DNA from: an uncultured virus (IMG/VR IMGVR_UViG_3300042868_010802) | Taxonomy: Duplodnaviria; Heunggongvirae; Uroviricota; Caudoviricetes | Virus record (IMG/VR): IMGVR_UViG_3300042868_010802 | DNA length: 64,000 nt | Reading direction: 5' to 3' (one strand) | In this document: piece by piece, positions 55,052 to 64,000 of the stretch | How the letters are laid out: each line of letters opens with the position of its first letter | Numbering within the stretch: position 1 is the stretch's first letter | Notes under the pieces: model-generated | Database searches by the model: none | What the model was told of the DNA's origin: nothing | Seen by the model: the letters and a program-made list of their open reading frames with translations, nothing else | Made by a program: the position numbers and the translations under genes

Positions 55052-55426
55052 TCAACGAGTTTTATGCTCACTTTGAACAGCATCACTTATGGTGTCATCA
55101 GTGGGCATCTCGTCGGTTCTCAATAAAATATCTTTTGGATCTACTTTGCGCAAGGTATAGGTACCAGAGGCATCTTCTATTTCAACACCGCGTGTCCACC
55201 TGCCGTGTGAGACCAGAATCCATTCTCCAATTACAATATCAGTTTGTTCAGGACCAACTGCATATACTCGGCCCCATCGTGGACGAATTCCAGCACTTTT
55301 TCCATCGTCGTTTAATAGAATGATACCAGTGCTGGTAAATCGCTCTTTGAAATTCATGTCTGTGACCAACACAGTATCGCCCAGTGGCTTTATTGTGTTG
55401 ATTTTATGTACAATAGGTATACCCAT
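55052..55426 (-). CDS. GroES-like co-chaperonin
   Basis: IKPLGD.VLV...T.TGIIL...G.V.AVGP. Confidence 0.8.
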   Translation of the reverse strand: MGIPIVHKINTIKPLGDTVLVTDMNFKERFTSTGIILLNDDGKSAGIRPRWGRVYAVGPEQTDIVIGEWILVSHGRWTRGVEIEDASGTYTLRKVDPKDILLRTDEMPTDDTISDAVQSEHKTR

Positions 55427-55746
55427 TATTTGATTCCTGATTTTGCAATTGAGTCAGCTAGACTTCCACGCAGTGTACCACCTGCCACTGCTGGTTCTTG
55501 TGGGTCGGGATACAATTCAACTTCTGTCAATGTATCCGGAACTGTAGTTGATACTGTTGGAGTATGCAATCTGTAATAGTCATTCATGATTTCATTTCTG
55601 GTACGGATAACTTCTCCACCTGGACCAAGTTCGTCACCACGGGCATTTACTTTCATGTTACCTACTGCAATAACATCTTCGTTGGTTAGTCTCAATTGAT
55701 CAATATCAACAGATTTACCCAATGCGGTTTTATATAATTTTTTCAT
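55426..55746 (-). CDS. Hypothetical protein
   Basis: YKTA.GK.VD...AVGNM.VNARGDELG.GG. Confidence 0.75.
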   Translation of the reverse strand: MKKLYKTALGKSVDIDQLRLTNEDVIAVGNMKVNARGDELGPGGEVIRTRNEIMNDYYRLHTPTVSTTVPDTLTEVELYPDPQEPAVAGGTLRGSLADSIAKSGIK

Positions 55747-56266
55747 TTGTTTCCTTTAAGAATTCGTCAATGGGCAAGTCATAATACAATGAATCAATTT
55801 TGTGTACGCCTATCAAGAACAACACATAACTGGCCACACTGGATCCTCGACCCACACCCCATACTACACCGTGTTTACGCATGGTGTCAACTAGATATTT
55901 AAGATAGCACAGCAAAGGAAATAGATTTCTTTCCTGAAATAAAAACAGTTCTTGTGCAACACGTTGTAACTCGGCTTGTACTTTGCACTGATCCAAAACC
56001 CATTGGGCTATATCCATGTTTTTGTAGTTGTCTGGCATGAACCATTGCGCTTGGCACTGTTGATCAAATTGATCAATATTCAAATCTGACTCATGGTATT
56101 GCTGCAACACCGGCATATCTGCGTACAAAGATTGAACACTTGCATTGTAAGTGTCTGGGTCTGTAACCAAAAAACTGCTCAGTTCCATAGTGGGATTTTT
56201 GTATAGCATGTTGCACAGGTCAACTGTTGTAACACACAACCGTCCAACTTGATCGTACTTCATCAA
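55730..56266 (-). CDS. Stand-alone DNA polymerase III alpha (DnaE)-like fragment
   Basis: R...EL...LV...G...GVGRGSSVASYVLF.IG...ID...Y.L...F. Confidence 0.75.
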   Translation of the reverse strand: MMKYDQVGRLCVTTVDLCNMLYKNPTMELSSFLVTDPDTYNASVQSLYADMPVLQQYHESDLNIDQFDQQCQAQWFMPDNYKNMDIAQWVLDQCKVQAELQRVAQELFLFQERNLFPLLCYLKYLVDTMRKHGVVWGVGRGSSVASYVLFLIGVHKIDSLYYDLPIDEFLKETNEKII

Positions 56267-56496
56267 CTTATATCGATAATATTTTTAAAACTGGCGTTTT
56301 TGTTAGCGTCTGCCAGTATTTGTTGCTGCCTGCGAGATATTTCCAATCTGTAATCTTCCATCAACATACCCAATTGATTTACAAGAGCACCACTGCCCAA
56401 TCTCTGAGCTTGCAGTGTTTTCTTGACCAACTCGTTGTACTTGCCGGTCAATTCTTCTATAGTCAATTCAGACAGATTGGGTGCCAATGGGTGCAT
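56263..56496 (-). CDS. Hypothetical protein
   Basis: 77-aa coupled ORF. Confidence 0.7.
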   Translation of the reverse strand: MHPLAPNLSELTIEELTGKYNELVKKTLQAQRLGSGALVNQLGMLMEDYRLEISRRQQQILADANKNASFKNIIDIS

Positions 56497-56936
56497 TATA
56501 AATCTCCTTGTTTACGATTTTCGCTATAAAACGGATCAAATGTTCCACCAGGATAGCGAGATTCCAGCTTTTTGACATTTTCCAAAATAACATCATCAGG
56601 ATCAAGATTCAATGCACGACATGCATTGACCCAATACCACATGATGTCACCCAGTTCACGTTTCATATGAAAAACATTTTCTTCTGTTAACGGTTTGCCT
56701 TGAAACAGAATTTTTTTGGGTATTTCGATAAACTCACCACTTTCGGCTGCTAGTCCAAAACATGCAGTGATCAATAACGGAACATTAACATCTGGTCCGT
56801 GTGTACACACAGTCGAGTCAAAGTTGGCATCTATTTCGTCCAACCGATTCATAAATGTAGTCAAGTCGTTACTGGGTTGGCTAGTTACAGCCTCTACAAA
56901 TTGTTTGTATTTGTTTAAATCAATTTTTTGTGTCAT
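56496..56936 (-). CDS. MazG-like NTP pyrophosphohydrolase
   Basis: GLAAESGEF.E..KK...ELGDIMWY...N..KL..RYP. Confidence 0.88.
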   Translation of the reverse strand: MTQKIDLNKYKQFVEAVTSQPSNDLTTFMNRLDEIDANFDSTVCTHGPDVNVPLLITACFGLAAESGEFIEIPKKILFQGKPLTEENVFHMKRELGDIMWYWVNACRALNLDPDDVILENVKKLESRYPGGTFDPFYSENRKQGDL

Positions 56937-57005
56937 TTAATTTGGTACTCCGTGCATACCCGACAAGTATAACAGACTACTTAAGAAATGTCAAAAATTA
57001 ACCAT

Positions 57006-58883
57006 TCATCTTTTACCGAATCTTGGTCTTGGAAAAATGCGTCCCATCGGAGGTTTTGCGTTAACATTGGATTTTGGCCACAAAATGCCAGTGGTGGTTC
57101 TTTGTTGTACAAATTTGGCTATTCTATTAGGGCTTCCTTGTATGTCACGATGTGCCCAGACATACCCTGGGGCATAAGACAATGTAGTTGCAGCAATTTT
57201 GTTAGTCTCAGAAATTTTGATAAGATATTCTTTTAATTGTTTATTGGTCCAATGTGGGTTTGTTTCCATTACACATGCAGATATTCCAGCAACCTGAGGA
57301 GTTGCCATACTAGTTCCTTGTATTTTTTGAAGATAGTGACTGCTTGATCTGCGATCAGTTACAGCTGGAACCACATTGGGACTATTGTCGTAAGCACTAA
57401 TTATGCTTACACCCGGGGCATAAAAATCCACTGCCGGGCCGCAGTTGCTAAAAGCTGCTTTGGAGTCCCAAGGAGTAGTATCCAACGCACCAATACAAAG
57501 ACGAATGCTTGAGTCAACTGCATTACCAGGACTTAGACCGTAATTGTATTTCCATACTCCTGTCCTTAAAAATCCCGAACCAGCAAATGATACTGTAACG
57601 GTATTGTTTGAGTCTGGTCCACCATCTACATCATTTTTAAAACTACTGTTTCCAGCAGCAGCAACAAAAATAATTCCTTCTTTGATTGCATCTGCAACAC
57701 TGGCGTCAATTGCTGCACTCCTTGTTCCTACTGAATAATAATCGGTATAAATTCCCCAATTATGTAGTTGCGCCGCAGTATACGGCGGAGAAAAAGTTGT
57801 TCCTCTAAAATTTACAGAACTAATATTCTGAGGCTTGATAGCTCCACCAAAAGTACCCCAACTGTTTGTACAAATTGTTGGATTTTTTCTTTTTGTTATT
57901 GGATTGATTGGTTTATTTTTATGAAAAGCTCTAACATAATCTATAACCTTGGGCTCAAAAAAAGTTATGTTATAGATATTTGATTCTCTGGCCCATCCTT
58001 GTGTAATGCCAGTAGCAGTTCCGGTACAGTGCAGTGCATGACTGTTGACTTGAAGTTTGTGCCCAAACATGCTTGTTCCGTTTCCAGAATAATCGTAGGT
58101 TCCATTTGGGCCATTGCCGACTTCGGTATTGTGTTGATACCAATTGTAAGTTATGCATCTTGATCCACCTGACCCGTCGGGATTTTTTGCAAACTCTGGA
58201 TGTGCCCGGTCAACTATACCACCATCAACAACAACCACGTCAACATTTTTTCCTGTTGCGTTCAACTCTACTGTAGCTGCAATACTGGTGTTATAATAGC
58301 CAGATCCGCCGTAATCGCCCCAGGACTTTCCAGCTTTGGCTACAGCACCTGGTATATCCCAGTATCCTGGTGCAGTAGTCCACCCAGACCCAGTCCTGGT
58401 TGTCATCTTTAGTGTGTCCCATGGCAAAAAAGTAAAACCCACCGGTCTGCTATTAAAAAATGATTGTGTACTCAACGGCCCAAAAGCATTTGGGTACACG
58501 TCTCCGGCGTTCAGCGTTGGCCTCGGTCTAGAGCATCTTAACAACCCCCAGTTTAGCATAGTGTTTGATAACGTAGCACTGAGATCCCAATTGGATGATG
58601 TTTGCCTTGACACATTCAATGGCATAATTTCAATTCCGTCATCTTTGAAATTAAGTTCTACGCCTGCCACTCTTGGGTCATTTGCTATTAGATCGGCTTC
58701 TTCAGCATTTAGCATGTAATGTAAAGTTCTGCTTATTGGTCCATAGTTACAGCATTCGACCAGTCTGTCGGGTATGTAAAGATCTCCACCCGGCGTCTCC
58801 ATATCATCACGAAAATTGTCAATTACTTCAAATGTAATTAAAGTAACAAAATATTCTTTTAAATTTTGATCGTTGATTTCCAT
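57006..58883 (-). CDS. Subtilisin-like serine protease (S8) with N-terminal propeptide
   Basis: Catalytic triad VVVVDGG / HALHCTG / GTSMATPQVAG; oxyanion motif AAGN. Confidence 0.9.
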   Translation of the reverse strand: MEINDQNLKEYFVTLITFEVIDNFRDDMETPGGDLYIPDRLVECCNYGPISRTLHYMLNAEEADLIANDPRVAGVELNFKDDGIEIMPLNVSRQTSSNWDLSATLSNTMLNWGLLRCSRPRPTLNAGDVYPNAFGPLSTQSFFNSRPVGFTFLPWDTLKMTTRTGSGWTTAPGYWDIPGAVAKAGKSWGDYGGSGYYNTSIAATVELNATGKNVDVVVVDGGIVDRAHPEFAKNPDGSGGSRCITYNWYQHNTEVGNGPNGTYDYSGNGTSMFGHKLQVNSHALHCTGTATGITQGWARESNIYNITFFEPKVIDYVRAFHKNKPINPITKRKNPTICTNSWGTFGGAIKPQNISSVNFRGTTFSPPYTAAQLHNWGIYTDYYSVGTRSAAIDASVADAIKEGIIFVAAAGNSSFKNDVDGGPDSNNTVTVSFAGSGFLRTGVWKYNYGLSPGNAVDSSIRLCIGALDTTPWDSKAAFSNCGPAVDFYAPGVSIISAYDNSPNVVPAVTDRRSSSHYLQKIQGTSMATPQVAGISACVMETNPHWTNKQLKEYLIKISETNKIAATTLSYAPGYVWAHRDIQGSPNRIAKFVQQRTTTGILWPKSNVNAKPPMGRIFPRPRFGKR

Positions 58884-58886
58884 TCG

Positions 58887-61754
58887 TCAAGCCTCGAGTT
58901 GTAATATAGTTATACTACCAGGCACTGGTACTCCTGTTCCTGGATTTATCGAAGATATATAAATGTTATTGGATGGTGGAGAATCTCCATTAAATCCAAC
59001 TGTGGCTGGAGTAAATAGCACTGTTTCTGAACCGGTAGTCACTATCTCAGCAACTAGACCCGCCCCTGGCAATGGGTCAGAGGCAATATCTCTGGTGTTG
59101 TCTGCAGTTAATGCCGCGCTGGTTGCATAAATTCTAACCCAAGCGGCCCCAGAAACCACAATAGACATCAATGCATACGATTTAAAACCATCAATTGTTT
59201 GTGTTCCACCAGTAAATGGTTTATCAATTCGTGTGGCCAACCCGGCTGTGCCGGTACCCCCACCGGTTGTGCCTCCTGATCCAGAACTGTCTGCAATTTT
59301 GATAATTGTTGTAGCACTTCTAATAAAATACAATTTCTGAGTGACAAGATTTGCAAAAAGTCGACCAATGCTATCAGTACTGAGCAACGTATCGGTGGTT
59401 GATTTTACCCATACTCCGCTGGAGTCTCTTGAGTAAAAACCGCCATCGCGCACATCAACAATCCCAGACACACCGCCCGCAGAAAAGACCAAAGTCTCAA
59501 AAGTTGCCTGGCCTTGACTGTGTGCACTGTATCCGTAGTTTGATGATCCGGTGAATTTTGCAAGCAACGGGTCGCTTAAAAGATCTACAGTCAATGCCGA
59601 TGCAGGGTTGTATGCAGTGTTGCCCATTTGTGTAGTTTCAAAAGTAAAGGTGTCACCATCTCTGATAATCTTGACTTTGCATCCTGTGGTACCAGCATCT
59701 GCCCATCCGCCAACTCTTGTGACAGTATCATTGCCATTGGCAATAACTTTGGCGTCAGGAAGTAAATAGTTATAGACAATTTGCCATCCTGCACTTGTTC
59801 CGCCAGTGTCTCTCAAGGCCGAAAGAGTAGACTGCTGTCCTGTACCTGGGTCTACATGCCAACCACAGATTAATCCAACGTTGTCGTTGTCTGAATCAGT
59901 TGAACTAAGTTTTACTTCTAACTCGTAACGGTCGTAAGCATCTGGACTAACAAATCCCACATAAGTACTTGTGTTCTCTGTGCATGTTATTGAACCAGTA
60001 GTTGCATTAAATGCCCAGGCCAATAGTTCTGATGGACTTGCAGGTTGTGTTGGACCAGCATGACTAAAACGTGTCCAACTATTGAAAATTGTAGCTGTAT
60101 CGGCTGCTAAATCTTTTGCATCTTCAAATTCTTCATCAGTTTCAATAAACGCACCAGTTTTTACAATATAATCAAGCTTGAATTGTTTGGTACTGTTTAT
60201 CCATATATAGGGAACCTGGCCTACTAAACCAGGTCGCTCGATAAAATCCATGCCAGTTGCACCAGTTGCACCGTCTTCACCAGCACTTCCTGAATAGCCA
60301 ATCAGACCACGCGGACCTGTAGCACCGGTCATACCTGTGGCACCAATTGGACCTGTGGCACCCGAAACCCCGTTGGGCCCTGTGGCACCTTTGTAAGCTG
60401 CTACACCCGGTATGCCCTGACTTCCAGAGTAACCTATACTACCAGTATATCCCAAATTGCCGGTGGCACCCATGGCTACAAATTCACCAGGTATACCTTG
60501 TATCCCGGTTGCACCTTGTATTCCAGTTGCACCTGGTGTCCCAGTTGCACCAACATCACCTGGGGGACCATATGGTCCCCTTACACCCTGCGGTCCTACT
60601 ATTCCTGTTGCGCCTGTTGAGCCCAGTGGACCTGACGCACCAGTCATACCAGTAGCACCAATTGTTGATGCAGGACCGGGTGCGCCCTGGGGTCCAGTTG
60701 CACCAGTTGCACCAAGATCACCTTTGTTACCAGCCCGAGTAAAAGAAATAACTATTTCTTCCAGATTATCAAATGCACTAACCCCATTGACAAAACTGCA
60801 ATCCACAATAAGATAATCAATGGATTCTACTACTACACCAATGTTAAAAATTGCATAATCCAATGGGTCTAATACATTGCTGATCTTTAGTGAACCTTTG
60901 ACAGTATTGGTACTATCGTCTATGGTCCTCAAATAAGTAGAACAGTCTATAGTAAATCTATCATATTTGCTGATATACAATTGAGTAGCAGCATTCAACA
61001 CAATGTTGTTGAAAGACAAATTGCCCTGCCCTGGGTCTGCGTTATATACCCAGTTTCTAAAAAAATATTCAAATGCAACACCGCCGTAGCTGCCAGCTGG
61101 GCCTCGACTACCAGAAAAGCCTGGGAGACCCAATCCTGTTGCACCAGTTGCACCAAACTCGCCACCACCGCCAGCATCAGCTCCACCTAGATTGGCAAAA
61201 TCAACAAACCAGTATGTTTGCCCGCCGTCGATCGATGATATCTCCACCAAGTAATCTCCAGGTGCCGGAAATACCAAACTTTTTCCATCCAGCTGTCGAT
61301 TGTTTAAACCGTAAGCCAGTGATGTAGGAAAAAAAGCACGATGTTGAATATTACCAACAGAAAACCATAGTACCACTCTTCCAGCTTGCCCCGGCGGTGG
61401 AAAGCCGTCAAATTGCAAAATCACATCATTCGACATAGAGATTTTATGGAAGGTGCCGTCACCATATCCAATTCCGACTACACCAGCTGATAATCCATGG
61501 TCAAATACTGTTTCGCTGTACGACCGCAATTGTGTTCTATATAGAGTAGACCACTCCATGTCGTTTGCCAGTGCGTTATTTCCAAGTCCGGATTTAAATA
61601 GGCCTTTTTGTTGTATTTCGGTGATTTCACTTCGGGCATGCCCAAGTCCCAATTTAATATTGCCAAAATTATCTCTGAATCCTTGACTGTCATTGTTTTG
61701 GCCAGCTACAGGGAAGTTGGCATTAATTTTTGTGTTGTCGATTCTGCTAGTCAT
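58887..61754 (-). CDS. Tail fibre-like structural protein with collagen-like Gly-X-Y repeats
   Basis: N-terminal FPVAGQ.NDSQGFRDNF; long (GAT/GPx)n tract; beta-sandwich-like C-terminal domain. Confidence 0.8.
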   Translation of the reverse strand: MTSRIDNTKINANFPVAGQNNDSQGFRDNFGNIKLGLGHARSEITEIQQKGLFKSGLGNNALANDMEWSTLYRTQLRSYSETVFDHGLSAGVVGIGYGDGTFHKISMSNDVILQFDGFPPPGQAGRVVLWFSVGNIQHRAFFPTSLAYGLNNRQLDGKSLVFPAPGDYLVEISSIDGGQTYWFVDFANLGGADAGGGGEFGATGATGLGLPGFSGSRGPAGSYGGVAFEYFFRNWVYNADPGQGNLSFNNIVLNAATQLYISKYDRFTIDCSTYLRTIDDSTNTVKGSLKISNVLDPLDYAIFNIGVVVESIDYLIVDCSFVNGVSAFDNLEEIVISFTRAGNKGDLGATGATGPQGAPGPASTIGATGMTGASGPLGSTGATGIVGPQGVRGPYGPPGDVGATGTPGATGIQGATGIQGIPGEFVAMGATGNLGYTGSIGYSGSQGIPGVAAYKGATGPNGVSGATGPIGATGMTGATGPRGLIGYSGSAGEDGATGATGMDFIERPGLVGQVPYIWINSTKQFKLDYIVKTGAFIETDEEFEDAKDLAADTATIFNSWTRFSHAGPTQPASPSELLAWAFNATTGSITCTENTSTYVGFVSPDAYDRYELEVKLSSTDSDNDNVGLICGWHVDPGTGQQSTLSALRDTGGTSAGWQIVYNYLLPDAKVIANGNDTVTRVGGWADAGTTGCKVKIIRDGDTFTFETTQMGNTAYNPASALTVDLLSDPLLAKFTGSSNYGYSAHSQGQATFETLVFSAGGVSGIVDVRDGGFYSRDSSGVWVKSTTDTLLSTDSIGRLFANLVTQKLYFIRSATTIIKIADSSGSGGTTGGGTGTAGLATRIDKPFTGGTQTIDGFKSYALMSIVVSGAAWVRIYATSAALTADNTRDIASDPLPGAGLVAEIVTTGSETVLFTPATVGFNGDSPPSNNIYISSINPGTGVPVPGSITILQLEA

Positions 61755-61757
61755 GAT

Positions 61758-63743
61758 TTATTTAAATGCTCCTGTTTTAGGGAATTTCAAATATTTATTC
61801 CCCTCTCCGGGTCCTTGCCCGCCTACAAAATCAGACACTCGGTTAAATCTAGTTGCAGTGTCTTCAAATATAGTTGTTTCGTTGTCAAATACTGTTTCGG
61901 TGCTGCTAGTAAAATTTACCAATGTAGTGTCAAAAGTTTTGGTTAGATTGTCGTCTAGTTCGTACCTGTCAAATTCAAATCTAAAATCGTTAAAGTTGAC
62001 CTTGGCCCTTCGTAATCTAAAAACAATGTTTTCGGACCCTTTGGGTATTGTGTAACACAACACAATGGCCTGTTGAAATCCAAGTGGTGGTGTATACTGC
62101 CCTGGTTTGCCTATAATAGGCTGCGGGCTAGTCATCCACCGTGGCAATATTCCCTGATTGTAATACCCAATGGACTGTTCCAATTGGTTGCGCATGTTTT
62201 GTAATCCATTGGGTGTAAAAGTATACGTGGGATTTCCGTTTACCCAATAAAAGTTTTTTATTTGAGATCTCAAATCAATTGAGTCTGGTAATCCAACTGT
62301 TTCACCCGATTCGGTAATTTTGGCAAAATTATCAATGATTGGCAAATACACAACTTCGTATTGAACTCGAAGATTTTGATCATATGCTACTGCGGTTTTT
62401 ACTTCTCCAAGCAGTAGCGTTTTATTGTGGTGATTTTTTTCTAGCGCCTGGTAGTATTCATCAATGGTTTTGACTCGTAGCCCCGGTGCAAACAAAAATC
62501 TAAGTTCGTCAATTTTTCCAAACCATGGATCATTTTTTCTATACATCAACCTGTCAGGAAACAACACTCTATCGTCGAGCAAGGTTGCCAACTTTTGCCG
62601 TGTTTCAACCACAGGAAAAGATCTAATCCAAACGTTTACATAAGGTTCATCATGTACTTTATCGATATGCAATCGAAAACGCTTTTCTGTAAATGTAAAT
62701 GTATCCAGGGTTTTTGCTCTTATTATAAATTCATAATCGTCGTTGACTGGTAAATTAACTGGGTCATCAACATGGCATCTAAAACCAGTCCGTCCTGCCA
62801 GAATCCCGTCTGCAAAAAAAACTAGACCCAATGGTATCTGTCCGTAATCAATTGGTTTTAGTGCATAGGTCAATTGTTTTCCGGTGTTGCATGTGGCTCT
62901 AATATCCAACTCGCTTATTGCACCGTTTGCCATAGACGGTAAGTTTTCAGCCGAGTCCCAGGTGATAAAGTCAGAATCTGATGTTGTCATAAACACATAT
63001 GTCAATGCAGTATCAGCAACAACATAATTTGAATTTTCTATAAACCAGGGTTCAAGACCGGTAACTGTCAAGTATGTTATTCTCACAGTAATCGAATACT
63101 GAATAGGGCCAGTTGGGCCCCTTAACGCAACTACAAATTGATGGTCGTTGTCAGACGGTGTTGCTAACTTTGATCTTGCAAACTCATTCCAGGAATCTAT
63201 AACAGGGTCAGGAAGAACTATTATTCCTGGTTTTGCAAATGTCATTGGACTAAATGGTACTATTCTTTGAGAGTGCATGACTTCTATAGAACCATTTTGG
63301 TACAGTTCGCCGCCAGGCGGTAGTTCCCCATGATCAATGCGCCAGTACATATTGATTGCACCGTCAACAACTCCTCCAGGTATTTGATACTGAAAAAAGT
63401 TTGTTATGTATCGAACATGGTATTGATCAAACAATTTGGGCAACAATAATTCTTGACTTAGTAAACAAATTTTGAATGTTTGATCTGCATAATCGCCATC
63501 CGAACTGGTAGCTCTTATTATAAAAGTAAATGTGCTAACAGGATTGTTTGAATTATAGTTTTGCTCAAATGGTATCCCTGATATTTGTCCAGTTGCTGTT
63601 GCTAATACTGCACCTGTAGGCAACGACCCAGACTGCAGGGTGTAACTTGCAGTGCCCGAAGCTATTACTTGTTTACTAAAACCTACACCGTGTTGTACAG
63701 TGCCTAGATTAGTTGTAGTAGTGATCCAAATTGGTGCAGCCAT
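61758..63743 (-). CDS. Putative baseplate/virion structural protein with Ig-like repeats
   Basis: P.W.T...LG, SGSLP.G..L...G.ISG.P, F.IRA; C-terminal KYLKFP; late-promoter motif upstream. Confidence 0.65.
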   Translation of the reverse strand: MAAPIWITTTTNLGTVQHGVGFSKQVIASGTASYTLQSGSLPTGAVLATATGQISGIPFEQNYNSNNPVSTFTFIIRATSSDGDYADQTFKICLLSQELLLPKLFDQYHVRYITNFFQYQIPGGVVDGAINMYWRIDHGELPPGGELYQNGSIEVMHSQRIVPFSPMTFAKPGIIVLPDPVIDSWNEFARSKLATPSDNDHQFVVALRGPTGPIQYSITVRITYLTVTGLEPWFIENSNYVVADTALTYVFMTTSDSDFITWDSAENLPSMANGAISELDIRATCNTGKQLTYALKPIDYGQIPLGLVFFADGILAGRTGFRCHVDDPVNLPVNDDYEFIIRAKTLDTFTFTEKRFRLHIDKVHDEPYVNVWIRSFPVVETRQKLATLLDDRVLFPDRLMYRKNDPWFGKIDELRFLFAPGLRVKTIDEYYQALEKNHHNKTLLLGEVKTAVAYDQNLRVQYEVVYLPIIDNFAKITESGETVGLPDSIDLRSQIKNFYWVNGNPTYTFTPNGLQNMRNQLEQSIGYYNQGILPRWMTSPQPIIGKPGQYTPPLGFQQAIVLCYTIPKGSENIVFRLRRAKVNFNDFRFEFDRYELDDNLTKTFDTTLVNFTSSTETVFDNETTIFEDTATRFNRVSDFVGGQGPGEGNKYLKFPKTGAFK

Positions 63744-63772
63744 AATATATATTTATGGCATTTTAAGTCATT

Positions 63773-63795
63773 AAAAAACCCGCCGCAGCGGGATT
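63773..63795 (-). terminator. Intrinsic terminator
   Basis: CCCGC/GCGGG stem followed by T6 on the minus strand. Confidence 0.75.
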
Positions 63796-63813
63796 GAATC
63801 GTGTGCAAATTTG

Positions 63814-64000
63814 TTATCGTCGCATTGTAGCAATTGCAACAGCTTCTTCGTCACTGAAAATAGGAACTGCATTGCTTTTGTGCATAGTACCGATACCTTT
63901 TACTTTGGTGCCAGTGTATACAGGACTAGCACGATGTGTTGACACGCCTACTTCACCAGTGTTGACGCTTTTGATACTGGTGCTGGTAGTTCTGCCTGGC
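63814..64000 (-). CDS. 3' end of a conserved hypothetical phage protein (5' partial)
   Basis: ...YTGTKVKGIGTMHKSNAVPIFSDEEA..IATMRR*. Confidence 0.7.
   Translation of the reverse strand, partial: PGRTTSTSIKSVNTGEVGVSTHRASPVYTGTKVKGIGTMHKSNAVPIFSDEEAVAIATMRR

Noticed and set aside
60250..61160. Repeated gcaccagttgcacc-type sequences as a DNA element
   Set aside because: Explained by collagen-like Gly-Ala-Thr coding, with variable synonymous positions.
1..64000. Stop-codon reassignment
   Set aside because: Long conserved genes (polB, clpA, TGT-like) are uninterrupted in the standard code and coding density is high.

Overview
This is a 64-kb segment of a large, T4-like tailed dsDNA phage. Genes are dense, mostly on the minus strand, and use the standard code; sigma70-type promoters and repeated TAAATA late-promoter motifs are present. 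A betaproteobacterial host is a weak inference from phasin-, DUF3563- and PsiE-like genes. Contents: ThyX; a MoxR AAA/VWA pair; an RNase H-like exonuclease; family B DNA polymerase, clamp and clamp loader; chaperones (ClpA/B, DnaJ, GroES-like, Dps); PhoH; a lysis cassette (GH19 endolysin, spanins, holin-like genes); an S8 protease and tail/baseplate genes. A 7-deazaguanine DNA-modification cluster (folE, queD, queE, a second T-fold protein, a TGT/DpdA-like enzyme) has an epimerase and a glycosyltransferase inside it. Top finding: three late genes (30846-38792) are built from unrelated in-frame modules separated by 14 copies of a ~20-bp element (coding strand GAGCAAGGTGTGGCGGAAGG, peptide EQGVAE[G/A]) that is conserved even at synonymous sites. 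This suggests a shufflable polyprotein-cassette system for capsid-packaged cargo cut by the prohead protease. Other findings: displaced gene-end remnants at queE, queD and folE; an RBS-sequestering hairpin on one homing endonuclease; a riboswitch-like queD leader; a candidate structured ncRNA; and a ParB/GIY-YIG/HNH-like cassette. All calls come from reading motifs by eye; no database searches were run.
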